Assembly: GCA_963664395.2 (NCBI GenBank)
Contig: OY761159.2
Span: 320,001 to 384,000, forward strand
Reading direction: 5' to 3'
Length of the DNA stretch: 64,000 nucleotides
Source of the DNA: Candidatus Binatia bacterium
Lineage (GTDB): Bacteria; Desulfobacterota; Binatia; Bin18
Part shown: piece after piece, positions 1-9,348 of the stretch
Position numbering within the stretch: position 1 is the first letter of the stretch
Layout of the letters: each line of letters begins with the position of its first letter
Notes under the pieces: generated by a model
What the model saw: the letters and a program-made list of their open reading frames with translations, nothing else
Told to the model about the DNA's origin: nothing
Database searches by the model: none
Translations under genes and position numbers: made by a program

Positions 1-1
1 T

Positions 2-70
2 GGACGCAAGCTCATCGTCCATCCGGACCGCCTGCGGGAAGCAGCCGGCTTATCGCTGGACGAGAAATGA
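2..70 (+). CDS. 3' end of a CDS entering from the left edge, possibly a Crp/Fnr-type regulator C-terminus
   Basis: Frame 2 reads GRKLIVHPDRLREAAGLSLDEK* with TGA at 68-70, followed by a strong hairpin. Family call is only a resemblance to the Crp/Fnr wing segment. Confidence 0.4.
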   Translation, partial: GRKLIVHPDRLREAAGLSLDEK

Positions 71-77
71 GGGCAAG

Positions 78-112
78 GCTGAGGATATCACAGACGTAGG
101 GATATCCTCAGC
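78..112. terminator. Hairpin between convergent genes, probable bidirectional terminator
   Basis: Perfect 12-bp inverted repeat GCTGAGGATATC (78-89) / GATATCCTCAGC (101-112) with an 11-nt loop. Confidence 0.6.
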
Positions 113-130
113 GCAAGAGATAACACCGAT

Positions 131-469
131 TTAATTGCTCGCTTCCGTTGCAGCCTCTTCAGCCTTGGGCTCAAGCTGCCAGAGCTGACGGGTCATTGCG
201 GTGGACGAGTCAAGAATCTGGCGAGCGAATGACCGCTGTGTTTCAAAAATCGATGCGAGCGGCGTGTCCTTCGCCCACTCCGTTGCCTTTTCGCTCATCT
301 CAAAAGCCTGACTTGCCCATTTTTCGCTGGACGCAAGCGACTGGGCAGCCATTTGCTTCATTGATTCACCGAACGGCAGGTTCATCTCGCTCATCATCTT
401 AACAAACGGATTGTTGCTTGTATCGAACATCTTACTAAAAGAATTGCAGCTCCACATGTTATCGGCCAT
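131..469 (-). CDS. Small helical protein, phasin/lipid-body-associated-like
   Basis: 112 aa, rich in Met/Ser/Ala/Glu, amphipathic-helix pattern, no TM segment. GGAGG RBS upstream of the ATG. Function inferred from composition and context. Confidence 0.6.
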   Translation of the reverse strand: MADNMWSCNSFSKMFDTSNNPFVKMMSEMNLPFGESMKQMAAQSLASSEKWASQAFEMSEKATEWAKDTPLASIFETQRSFARQILDSSTAMTRQLWQLEPKAEEAATEASN

Positions 470-531
470 AAGAAACCTCCCTGTTTGGTTGTGAGATTAC
501 CGACTCTGTCGGCCCATTTTTGACTGATTCA

Positions 532-566
532 ATGCTAACTATAAGCGCTAACTTTTGCAAGCGTTC
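532..566 (-). promoter_or_regulatory. Promoter/operator box, copy 1 (TTGCAA-N17-TAGCAT on the minus strand)
   Basis: Plus strand ATGCTAAC-N6-CGCTAACTTTTGCAAGCGTTC, identical to 983-1017 outside the N6 spacer. Confidence 0.75.
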
Positions 567-607
567 GGAGCAAGAAAAACGTCACCTAAGTGACAATAAT
601 GTTCTTT

Positions 608-976
608 TTATGACGTGCCACTACTGTCATTCACCTGCCGGAAAGACCGGTACATATCGATCATCATTTCACGCTGGCGGGCAGACAGGTCGGGATCGTG
701 CAAAACGGCTTTGATCACATCGCTCTCCTCAGCTTCTTGTGGGTCAAGAATACCGGCCTGGCTATACAGGGTTTCAGCCGAAAGGCGCAGCCCCTTGGCT
801 AAGGACTGAAGGATCATACTGCTCGGCGTCCGCAGCCCTCGCTCAATCTGGCTGAGGTAGGGGTTCGAGATTCCGCACATATCCGCCAACTGCCGTACAG
901 AGAGCTGCGACAGCTCACGCTGACGCTTAATAAATTCTCCAAGCGTGACGTAGGGGTCCAATCGTTTCTGAGCCAT
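608..976 (-). CDS. XRE-family HTH transcriptional regulator, Rv0474/MLDSR-like
   Basis: LGEFIKRQRE..SVRQLA..GISNPYLSQIERGLR.PS..LSAETLY.QAGIL and C-terminal LSARQREMMIDMYRSF match my recollection of actinobacterial Rv0474-type regulators. Confidence 0.85.
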   Translation of the reverse strand: MAQKRLDPYVTLGEFIKRQRELSQLSVRQLADMCGISNPYLSQIERGLRTPSSMILQSLAKGLRLSAETLYSQAGILDPQEAEESDVIKAVLHDPDLSARQREMMIDMYRSFRQVNDSSGTS

Positions 977-982
977 GTCAAT

Positions 983-1017
983 ATGCTAACAAAATACGCT
1001 AACTTTTGCAAGCGTTC
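983..1017 (-). promoter_or_regulatory. Promoter/operator box, copy 2; -10 lies 6 nt before the ATG (leaderless)
   Basis: Minus strand reads TTGCAA-17 nt-TAGCAT-attgac-ATG, with no Shine-Dalgarno sequence. Confidence 0.75.
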
Positions 1018-1057
1018 AAACAATCGAAAATTTCAAGCGGTTTTCCCGGTATCGGCG

Positions 1058-1942
1058 CTATGAGTCCAATACCCCCATGGCTTGCAATTCTCGCCGTAGC
1101 CCAGCTTGGGCTTCATCCGTGAGCGCTGCAATCGGTTGCCGAGCGGGACCTGCGGGAAGGTCGCGGAGTTGCATGGCGGCTTTGATAGGCGCAGGAAACG
1201 AGCCGAAGCCCATGGCCAACCAAAATCGCGTCAGACGGTTTTGAACTTCCCAGGCTTTGTCATGCTGTCCGGCATCAAAGAGGCGAACGATTTCCAGCGA
1301 CAGTTCAGGACACACGTTGGCGCTCCCTAAGACTGCCCCCTGACTGCCAGCCAACAGGCCGGGCAGGACCAGGGTATCAATACCAGTCAGAACGCTGAAA
1401 TCTGACCGCCGCCGCAACAGAAGATTGTTCAGCAGCGTCAAATCTCCGCTGCTGTCTTTGATACCCTCGATATGCGCGTAGCGTTCAGCCAATATTCGCA
1501 CTGCAGGCGGCTCTAGGACATTTCCCGCCAACATCGGGATATTGTACAGCAGAAGGGGCAGCGTCGTCGCCTCAGCAATTGCGCAGTAGTGCCGGATCAT
1601 CTCGTCTTGGGTTGGACGAATAAAACTCGGCGGCACGGCACATACATAGTCTGCACCCGCGGCTTGAGCTGCTTCAGTCAGCCGCACGGCTTCACGCGTT
1701 GAGGAAACGCCCACGCCGGCAATGACCGAAATACGTGAGTTGACGATTTCCACCGTTTGCTGAAAGAGCTGCACTTTCTCCTCAAAACTGAGCGCCCAGG
1801 ACTCCCCCGTACTACTGACGATAAACACGCCGTTGAGACCTTTCCCGATTGACCATTCCAGGATCTTCTCTAACCCCTGCTCGTCAATATTCTCATTTTC
1901 ATCAAACGGCGTAATGAGCGCTGAATAAATGCCGCGTAACAT
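1058..1942 (-). CDS. Dihydrodipicolinate synthase (DapA/NAL) family protein
   Basis: SALITPF, SSTGE, LLYNIP and GIKDSSGD (Schiff-base Lys) motifs. Confidence 0.9.
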   Translation of the reverse strand: MLRGIYSALITPFDENENIDEQGLEKILEWSIGKGLNGVFIVSSTGESWALSFEEKVQLFQQTVEIVNSRISVIAGVGVSSTREAVRLTEAAQAAGADYVCAVPPSFIRPTQDEMIRHYCAIAEATTLPLLLYNIPMLAGNVLEPPAVRILAERYAHIEGIKDSSGDLTLLNNLLLRRRSDFSVLTGIDTLVLPGLLAGSQGAVLGSANVCPELSLEIVRLFDAGQHDKAWEVQNRLTRFWLAMGFGSFPAPIKAAMQLRDLPAGPARQPIAALTDEAQAGLRRELQAMGVLDS

Positions 1943-2093
1943 GAGCTACTCCTTTTCCCCATTTTGGCCGACGGCCCCAGTTCTGAGATTGTCTCTCTCC
2001 AACAGCCTCTAGCACACTTCACCCCAAGCGCCCAGCTCGGATGCCGGCAGTCTGATGTCTCTCGTGCTGGCTGTTCAGTCACTCCTCTCCTGG

Positions 2094-2124
2094 TTGACAG
2101 CCGTCCGGCCATAAGGTGTATGAT
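2094..2124 (+). promoter_or_regulatory. Possible sigma70 promoter for the MetE-like gene
   Basis: TTGACA at 2094-2099 and TATGAT at 2119-2124; the 19-nt spacer is suboptimal. Confidence 0.35.
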
Positions 2125-2159
2125 TCGCCGACTATACGGATCAAGCAGGAGGAGTGACG

Positions 2160-3329
2160 ATGTTTAATGCCACAAAAGATAAAAAGCTACCGACCGCCAT
2201 GGTCGGCTCATTTCCAAAGCCCACCTGGTTTACCGAGAGCTTACGGGGTCGGCCATTTAAGGTCGCGCTGGGTGACTCACTCTATCGGGAGCAGTATATT
2301 GACGCAGTTGCGTGTTATATGAACGAGCAAGAACAGGCCGGTCTTGACATCTTCACCGATGGGGACACACGTTTTGACCTCGAAGTGGGTGGACGCTCCT
2401 GGTTTTTTTATACGATTGAACGCCTCAACGGCGTGAGCGGCTTCCGCGACTCTTCGCACTTTCTCGACTATGCGGATATCAAGCCTGGCCATATCCTGTA
2501 CGAAGTGCAGGAAGCCTATCATCCCCCAGCAGTAACGGACAAAGTCACCCGCGGCCCCTTGCATTTTTCTGCTATCTGGAAAACCGCTCAAAAGATGACC
2601 AGTAAACCTGTGAAGTTCGGCTCCATCAGCGCCACCTGCCTGCCCATGATGCTGTGGAATGAGTACTATAAAACCGACCACGAACTGGTCATGGACTTAG
2701 CCGCTGCGCTGAATGAAGAGTTACGTGAGTTGGCGGATGCGGGTTGCCCGGTCATCCAGATTGAAGAGCCACCCCATCATTTCGCCTGCTGCACCACCCC
2801 GCCAGCAACGGAGAAAGAACTTGAATCCTACACCCAAGCTTTTAATCGTGAAGTCCAGGGCGTGAACACTGAGATCTGGGCGCATACCTGCTGGGGCAAT
2901 CCCAACCAGCAAAGCTTTTACTGGGAGCGGCCCAGTTATGAACGTTCGCTACCGCACCTGCTCCAGCTCAATGCCGATGTCCTCACCCTGGAAGGAGCGA
3001 GCAACCAGGGCCGCGATCTGCCGCTTCTCAAGCAGTATAAGACGGATAAGAAAATCGCTATTGGCGTCATCAACCATACGGTTACCACAGTCGAGCCGCC
3101 CCAGATAATCGCCGATTTGATTCGTCGGGCGCTCGAATACGTCCCACCGGAACGGCTCATTATTACTGCAGACTGTGGCTTTGGGCGGGAAGGCTTGTCG
3201 CGACGGATTGCTTTTTACAAATGTATTGCCCTGGTTCAAGGCACCAATATGGTGCGTCGAGAACTCGGACTGCCGGAGGCCGACATTCGGGCGGCTGACT
3301 CGCGCTTTGCCTTTCGGGCAGTCAAATAG
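2160..3329 (+). CDS. Cobalamin-independent methionine synthase II family protein (MetE catalytic-domain-like)
   Basis: VGSFPKP, GLDIFTDG, IQIEEP, Zn ligands HTCWGN and ADCGFG. AGGAGG RBS before the ATG at 2160. Confidence 0.85.
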   Translation: MFNATKDKKLPTAMVGSFPKPTWFTESLRGRPFKVALGDSLYREQYIDAVACYMNEQEQAGLDIFTDGDTRFDLEVGGRSWFFYTIERLNGVSGFRDSSHFLDYADIKPGHILYEVQEAYHPPAVTDKVTRGPLHFSAIWKTAQKMTSKPVKFGSISATCLPMMLWNEYYKTDHELVMDLAAALNEELRELADAGCPVIQIEEPPHHFACCTTPPATEKELESYTQAFNREVQGVNTEIWAHTCWGNPNQQSFYWERPSYERSLPHLLQLNADVLTLEGASNQGRDLPLLKQYKTDKKIAIGVINHTVTTVEPPQIIADLIRRALEYVPPERLIITADCGFGREGLSRRIAFYKCIALVQGTNMVRRELGLPEADIRAADSRFAFRAVK

Positions 3330-3375
3330 AAGAGTGGGGCAGTTTATAGCCGCTGCCCTATTCCTTATACTCATT

Positions 3376-4296
3376 CTATGCTGTTTCGACTGCTGCACCG
3401 TCAACTTGATTCGCAGTCTCTGCTCCTTGGTCGATAAGAAACTCCAATAGATATTGATTCACTACCTCTGGCTGCTCTTGTTGCACCCAGTGACTGCACT
3501 TGGGGATATACTTTATCTCAAAACGATCACTGAAATATTCGTCCATGTCGTAGGTGAGTTCTTTTCCCAGAGCGATATCCTCTTCACCCCACACCAGGAG
3601 AGTCGGGCTTGAGATTTGGGGGAGTCGCAATGCACCATTGCCGAGGCGATGGCGAAATGCCGCTCGGTAATAATTGATGGCTGCCCGAGCAGTACCAGGC
3701 CTGCCCAATGCCTCGGCATATTTGTGCAGCTCTTCGTCGGGAAATGCCTCCTTTCGAACGGCCATGCCACGAAACGCCCGCTCTATAAAGCGCCGCCTGA
3801 ACAAACGTAGGCCCAGCTCAGGCAACCATGGAAGCTGGAAATAGAACATATACCAACTGCGTCGAAGCTGCTGGCGATTCTCTTTCAGTGCTTTCTGTAA
3901 TGCGCCTGGATGAGGACAATTCAAAACAACGAGTCGTTCAGTCAGGTGGGGATAGTTGGCGGCAAACGACCACGCCACACCGCCCCCCCAATCATGGCCG
4001 ACAATGCTGGCCCGCTCTTCATCAAAGACACGAATAAGGCCCATCACATCTCCAGTGAGCCGCTCAATGTGATAGTTGGCCACGCCAGTCGGCTTATCAC
4101 TCTCGTTGTACCCCCGCATGTCCGGCGCAACCACCCTGAAATGTTTAGCCAGAGCAGGAATTTGATACCGCCACGAATACCAGAATTCAGGAAACCCATG
4201 CAGTAAAATCAGCAGCGGGCCTTCGCCCTGAGTGACGTAATGCAGACGGACTCCATTCACATAGGCCGAACCGTGCCGCAGTCCTTCAAGATTCAT
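3376..4296 (-). CDS. Alpha/beta hydrolase, epoxide hydrolase family
   Basis: HGFPEFWYSW, PDMRGY, GHDWGG (Asp nucleophile) and SHWVQQE motifs. Confidence 0.9.
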   Translation of the reverse strand: MNLEGLRHGSAYVNGVRLHYVTQGEGPLLILLHGFPEFWYSWRYQIPALAKHFRVVAPDMRGYNESDKPTGVANYHIERLTGDVMGLIRVFDEERASIVGHDWGGGVAWSFAANYPHLTERLVVLNCPHPGALQKALKENRQQLRRSWYMFYFQLPWLPELGLRLFRRRFIERAFRGMAVRKEAFPDEELHKYAEALGRPGTARAAINYYRAAFRHRLGNGALRLPQISSPTLLVWGEEDIALGKELTYDMDEYFSDRFEIKYIPKCSHWVQQEQPEVVNQYLLEFLIDQGAETANQVDGAAVETA

Positions 4297-4328
4297 CTGT
4301 CACCTCTGCATTACACGTCGTAGCCAGG

Positions 4329-5210
4329 CTACACTTCCATGCCAGCCTTGCGCGCTCGGTCCAATACGATTTTTTCAATGTCTGCTATCGGCCCGTCAAT
4401 CATCCGCCCTTGAAAGGAGACGGCGCCATGACCGGCGGCAACAGCGTGTTCAAAAGCGGCGACAAGGGCGCGCGCATACTCGACTTCCTCCGCAGTCGGT
4501 GTATACACTGCGTTCACCGGCTCAATCTGGTTGGGATGAATACAGGCCTTGCCTTCGTAACCGAGCCCCTTGCCCTGCTCCGTTTCTGTACGCAAACCGT
4601 CGATATCCTTAATATCGAGATACACGTTATCAATCGGCGTCACACCCGCCGCCTTAGCCGCCATGGCCACCTGACAGCGCGCTTGTAAGACAACGCCAGC
4701 GGTTGAGGGGGCGGCTTTAATCCCCATGGACAAGGAAAAGTCGCCATGCCCAAAGGCGATACCAGCAATCCGGGACGTTGCTGAGGCAATAGAAAACGCA
4801 TTGCCAATGGCCTCGGGCTGTTCAAACAACGGAATCAGGACAACCTCTCCGGGCTGGCGTCCGGCGCGTTGCTCGGCTAGGGAAACGAGTTGATCCACGA
4901 ACCGCATGTTCTCGGCACTGTTTGTCTTGGGTACGACCAGGCCGTCGGCTCCAGCCTCAACCATGGCTAACACGTCATCTAGGAAGTATGAGGTATCAAG
5001 TCCGTTAATACGGACCGTCCGCTCAAAGCGTTCAAAGTCGGCGTCTTGCAGGACCTCCCGCATCGTCTCACGCGCTGCGGCCTTGCGCTCAGGAGCCACA
5101 GCATCCTCCAGATCAAAGATCAGCGTATCCGCCGCCGACTCTTTGGCCTTGGCAAAGAAGCGCTCACTACTTGCCGGTACAAATAATAAACTTCGACGCA
5201 GCCGTGACAT
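4329..5210 (-). CDS. CitE/HpcH-HpaI family CoA-ester lyase
   Basis: RRSLLFVP, DLEDAVAP, VRIN and GKACIHPNQ motifs. Coupled to the upstream gene by a TAATG overlap. Confidence 0.9.
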   Translation of the reverse strand: MSRLRRSLLFVPASSERFFAKAKESAADTLIFDLEDAVAPERKAAARETMREVLQDADFERFERTVRINGLDTSYFLDDVLAMVEAGADGLVVPKTNSAENMRFVDQLVSLAEQRAGRQPGEVVLIPLFEQPEAIGNAFSIASATSRIAGIAFGHGDFSLSMGIKAAPSTAGVVLQARCQVAMAAKAAGVTPIDNVYLDIKDIDGLRTETEQGKGLGYEGKACIHPNQIEPVNAVYTPTAEEVEYARALVAAFEHAVAAGHGAVSFQGRMIDGPIADIEKIVLDRARKAGMEV

Positions 5211-6412
5211 TAGATCACTCCCTTTTCTTTTAATACCGCCAGTTTCTCCGGTGAGAGGCCGAGCTTCTCGCCATAAATTTCTTCGTTGTGGTGTCCCATA
5301 TGAGTCGGCGCCGGCCAGCGTATTGTACCAGGAGTGCGGGAAAATTTAGGGACGACGTTCTGCATCTTGACCGGTCCAAGCTCCGGGTCGGAGACGGTTG
5401 TGATCGTCTCACGGGCCTGAAAATGTGGATCAGAAAAAATTCCGGTGATGTCGTACACCGGCGCGCAGGCGCATTCGAATTCGTCAAATCGTTTCAAGAC
5501 TTCTTCGGCAGTGCGGGCGCCAATCCAGCCTCCAATAATGGCATCGACTTCGTCAATATGCTCGATCCGGGCCCGGTTGTCAGCGAAGCGGGGATCGTCA
5601 TTCAATTCAGGCCGACCAATGGCAGCAAAGACCCGTTTGGCCAAAGCCGGCGCATTGGCTGAAAGCGCCAGCCATATACTGTCTTTGGTTTGATAGGTAT
5701 TGCGTGGGGCACCAATAGACGGCACCCGGTTCCCGGTTCGGTTCTGAATGACACCAAGCTGGTCATAGGCAAGCGCTTGATCGCCAATTGTCGTGAACAG
5801 CGGCTCCAAGACGCTCAGGTCGAGCATCTGGCCTTTGCCACTCTTGTGATCCCGCTCATAGAGAGCAAACATGACCGCCCAGGTTCCAAACTGGCCGGCC
5901 ATGGAATCTGCCAGGCCATAACCGGGTAGGGTCGGCGGACCATCCGCTTGGCCGGTTATATGGGCAAAGCCGCTCATGGCCTCGGCGAGTGTGCCAAATC
6001 CGGGTTTGTCCTTATAGGGTCCGGTCTGACCAAACCCTGACACGCGTACAACGATCAAGCGAGGATTAATCGTATGCAGTGTATCCCAATCCAGCCCCCA
6101 TTTTTCCAAGGTTCCCGGTCGGAAATTCTCTGTCAGGACATCCGCATCGGCGATCAGTTGCTTGAGAAGCTCCTGACCTTCTGGCGCGCTCAGGTCGAGG
6201 GTAATACATTTTTTATTGCGATTGGTGATTTTCCACCACAGTGGGATGCCATTCTTGGTTGCCCCGAGTGAGCGCAGGCTATCCCCCATTTTCGGATGCT
6301 CAACCTTAATCACCTCCGCCCCAAAATCACCCATATTCTGGGAAATAGTTGGTGCGGCAAACAAGACCGCAATGTCAACGACTTTTAGACCTTCGAGTGG
6401 TAGGCTGGCCAT
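5210..6412 (-). CDS. CaiB/BaiF family III CoA-transferase
   Basis: PLEGLKVVD, GDFGAEVIKVE, NRNKK, ENFRPG and SGFGQTGP motifs. Confidence 0.92.
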   Translation of the reverse strand: MASLPLEGLKVVDIAVLFAAPTISQNMGDFGAEVIKVEHPKMGDSLRSLGATKNGIPLWWKITNRNKKCITLDLSAPEGQELLKQLIADADVLTENFRPGTLEKWGLDWDTLHTINPRLIVVRVSGFGQTGPYKDKPGFGTLAEAMSGFAHITGQADGPPTLPGYGLADSMAGQFGTWAVMFALYERDHKSGKGQMLDLSVLEPLFTTIGDQALAYDQLGVIQNRTGNRVPSIGAPRNTYQTKDSIWLALSANAPALAKRVFAAIGRPELNDDPRFADNRARIEHIDEVDAIIGGWIGARTAEEVLKRFDEFECACAPVYDITGIFSDPHFQARETITTVSDPELGPVKMQNVVPKFSRTPGTIRWPAPTHMGHHNEEIYGEKLGLSPEKLAVLKEKGVI

Positions 6413-6519
6413 GAATCCATGTCTCCCTCATTCATGTTTGCCTGCGGTTGTAGCGTGTTTAGCAAATCAGCGCAAAACAGGGCGCCAGTGTCTCACCTTC
6501 AGCATCACGGGTCTGTGCA

Positions 6520-6942
6520 CTAATGGGAAGGGAGGGTCGGCATCTCCTCCCCCACCATCCACTCCCCACCCGGCTTCACCTCATAGAGTTCCAACAGCAC
6601 GCCATCCAGCGCTTCACACATGACGTATCGAAAAGGCGTATCCTCGGTAATGCCTTTCCGAAAGACTACTCCGTTCTCCCGCATGTGCGCGATCAAGCCC
6701 TCAAGATCGTCAGTCCGAATACCGAGATGATGCACCAAACCCCGGTCCGCACTGCGTGGTTTTTGGTCGTAGATATGCAGCGCCTGTCCGCCAATATCAA
6801 GGCGGACATTCCGCTGACCCATGAGCACCGCATCATAGATCACCCGCGCACCAAACATGGTTCGGTAAAAACGTACCGTCTTCTCCATATCAGATGAAAA
6901 GATGTGAACATGGTCAAGGCAGATCATGGATGATTCACTCAC
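6520..6942 (-). CDS. VOC (glyoxalase) family protein
   Basis: LDHVHI, FYRTMFG, HHLGIRTDDL and DGVLLEL motifs. The start may instead be the ATG at 6927. Confidence 0.85.
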   Translation of the reverse strand: MSESSMICLDHVHIFSSDMEKTVRFYRTMFGARVIYDAVLMGQRNVRLDIGGQALHIYDQKPRSADRGLVHHLGIRTDDLEGLIAHMRENGVVFRKGITEDTPFRYVMCEALDGVLLELYEVKPGGEWMVGEEMPTLPSH

Positions 6943-6951
6943 TCCTAACCT

Positions 6952-7641
6952 TTAGTGACTCTTTTGCAGAACAGACACCAACGGATTCTCTAGCAGAACC
7001 TGAAGAGAGCGGGCAAGATGCTGTTCCAGAATGCCGGTTGAGCCACGACTGATAAGACACCCTCTTGGAGCAAGGACACGCACAATCTCTTGTATAGACC
7101 ACTCAAACGTGTCTTCGGTCATAGGAATTTCACGGGTAAACATATTGGCTGTGTAGATGAGATGGATGGAAGAACTGTTCAGCGCGCTCAGGTCACACAC
7201 CGTCCCGTGATGCAGGCGAAGGCGCATCGTGAGCTGAGGCTCATTCGCGCGGAGCGTCTCAAATGCCTTGGCCGCTTCAATAATATGTTCGCCTACCCAC
7301 TCGTAGGCGTGGACACAGTCCAGTTCACAGGTCTTGAGCAGATCGTAGGGTTCTTGCGCGTTGCTGCCAAAGCCCAAGCTGAGGCCGACTGCCGGGCGGT
7401 GGCTGCGTACTACATCCAAGAAGTTCACTTGGGCCATTGCCTGGACCAGCCCAATTGCTTGCTGCAAGGCAGGGGCAACATGGCCGCCGATGCAGTCGCG
7501 CAGACCGGGGTGTTCAAGAATGGCCGCGTAGGCAGGGTCGTGCCGCCAGGGGACTTCGTTGTCAGGGTAGACCGGGCCGTCGATGAAGTCAGACCAGGAT
7601 TCAGGAGTATCTAAGTCAACCATATCTTCCGATACTCGCAT
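6952..7641 (-). CDS. Hypothetical protein, possible class I SAM-methyltransferase-like fold
   Basis: LSLGFGS glycine loop and EIVRVLAPRG resemble MTase motifs I and III, weakly. Confidence 0.55.
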   Translation of the reverse strand: MRVSEDMVDLDTPESWSDFIDGPVYPDNEVPWRHDPAYAAILEHPGLRDCIGGHVAPALQQAIGLVQAMAQVNFLDVVRSHRPAVGLSLGFGSNAQEPYDLLKTCELDCVHAYEWVGEHIIEAAKAFETLRANEPQLTMRLRLHHGTVCDLSALNSSSIHLIYTANMFTREIPMTEDTFEWSIQEIVRVLAPRGCLISRGSTGILEQHLARSLQVLLENPLVSVLQKSH

Positions 7642-7713
7642 TCATTTCTCGGCCCTTGCAATAGCCCAGGAATTCGTCCATTTCCTGGGGTACGCGGACA
7701 CGGAGGAGGTTAC

Positions 7714-8529
7714 GTGAGCGTACTCGATAAATTACGGCTGGACGGGAAAATCGCCTTGGTGACCGGGGCCGGGCGGGGCTTGGGTCGGGCGATGGCGCTC
7801 GATCTTGCAGAAGCGGGAGCTGATGTCGTTGTCGCTTCACGAACGCAGAACCAGATTGATGAAACTGCCGCTCTCATTCGAGCCCAAGGCCGCCGCAGCT
7901 TGGCGGTGAGCGTTGATATTACGGATTCCCATTCGGTCAACGCCCTGGTCGAAGCCGGGCGGGCCGCGTTCGGACAGATTGACATCCTGGTCAACAACGC
8001 CGGCGGAGCGACGAAAGGCATGTTTCGTCCGCTCGATACCATTCCTGATACGCATTGGCAGGTAGGCGTGGATACCAATCTCTCGGGCGCGGTGTACTGT
8101 TGCCGAGCAATCCTGCCCTCCATGGTCGGGCAAGGTGGAGGGAAGATCATCAATATCACTTCTGGTTTTGGCGTCCGAGCAGCAAAAAATAATTATATGT
8201 ATACGGCGGCCAAGGCTGGGCTCATAAATTTCACCCGCGCTGTGGCAATGAATTATGCCGAGCACAACATCCAGGCCAATCTGATTTTGCCCGGCATCTT
8301 TCCACACGATGATCCCGAGCTGATCAAATTTTGGCGCGGCGGGAAGTTCATACCAGTCGGGCGAGTCGGCAGAGATGATGAGCTGGGACCGGCGTGTGTG
8401 TTCCTGGCGTCGGACCTGTCCAACTACATGAACGGCGCAATGATTGCGCTGGAAGGCGGCGGCCTTGCAGGTGGGCAAGCGCCGTGCGGATTTGCCCCGG
8501 TCGTTCCGCTGGAAGAGGACAGCTTATGA
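7714..8529 (+). CDS. SDR family oxidoreductase
   Basis: TGAGRGLG, NNAG and YTAAK motifs; GGAGG RBS before the GTG. Confidence 0.92.
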   Translation: MSVLDKLRLDGKIALVTGAGRGLGRAMALDLAEAGADVVVASRTQNQIDETAALIRAQGRRSLAVSVDITDSHSVNALVEAGRAAFGQIDILVNNAGGATKGMFRPLDTIPDTHWQVGVDTNLSGAVYCCRAILPSMVGQGGGKIINITSGFGVRAAKNNYMYTAAKAGLINFTRAVAMNYAEHNIQANLILPGIFPHDDPELIKFWRGGKFIPVGRVGRDDELGPACVFLASDLSNYMNGAMIALEGGGLAGGQAPCGFAPVVPLEEDSL

Positions 8530-9299
8530 GCCTGGCGTCGTTTTCTCTAGCGGACAAAAACGCTTTGGTGCTCGGCGCCAGCTCGGCGATTGGCGGGGCT
8601 GCTGCGTATGCACTAGCCGAGGCGGGTGCGGATGTCGCAGTCGGCTCGACGCTGACCACACAACGCGAACAGGACGCTGTCCGCACCTGCCGGGACGCTA
8701 TTCAGGCCCAGGGCAGAAAGAGCCTCGCGCAGACGATAGACGCAGCGAACGAAGCTGACGTACAGACGCTGGTGGGTCAGACTGTCTCAGAACTTGGCAC
8801 ACTCGATATTCTCATCAATGCTCACGACCTGCCGTTTGCCAAACCGCTGCCTGACATTGCACCCAAGGAATGGCGGCGCGTGCTGGAGGTCAATTTGACG
8901 GGCGTTTACCTTGCCTGCCGGGCAGCAGCCGAGCCCATGCTGACTCAACACAGCGGACGGATTATTAATATTGTCTCATTGCTCGGCGAGCGGGGCATGA
9001 TCAATGGCAGCGCGTATTGTGCCGCGCAAGGTGGGGTCCTCAATCTGACCCGCGCTTTGGCCCTTGAATGGGCCCGGAGCGGGATCACGGTGAATGCCAT
9101 TGGAGCGGGCTGGACCGAGGGCATGGGCTTGCTCAAAGACACTGCCGTACAGGAACAGTTGCGTCGCTATTTGCCGCACAAACGCTTGGCTCAGCCGTAT
9201 GAAGTCGGCGACGCTGCGGTGTATCTGGCCTCAGACAAGGCGGGCTTTATCACCGGCCAAACCGTGTGGATTGAAGGCGGAGCGCTGAGTCATTTGTAG
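8526..9299 (+). CDS. Atypical SDR family oxidoreductase (YxxxQ)
   Basis: ATGA overlap with the previous gene. LGASSAIG, INAHD in place of NNAG, and YCAAQ in place of YxxxK. Confidence 0.85.
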   Translation: MSLASFSLADKNALVLGASSAIGGAAAYALAEAGADVAVGSTLTTQREQDAVRTCRDAIQAQGRKSLAQTIDAANEADVQTLVGQTVSELGTLDILINAHDLPFAKPLPDIAPKEWRRVLEVNLTGVYLACRAAAEPMLTQHSGRIINIVSLLGERGMINGSAYCAAQGGVLNLTRALALEWARSGITVNAIGAGWTEGMGLLKDTAVQEQLRRYLPHKRLAQPYEVGDAAVYLASDKAGFITGQTVWIEGGALSHL

Positions 9300-9348
9300 A
9301 CCCGCGGTCTTGGGTCACGCCCCGCCACCCCCATCTATGGGAGCAGAC

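Noticed and set aside
8394-8525. Upstream extensions given by the ORF track (also starts 15551, 16431, 19820, 20381, 34396)
   Set aside because: They overlap neighbouring genes or precede the recognisable domain; downstream starts have better RBS or coupling.
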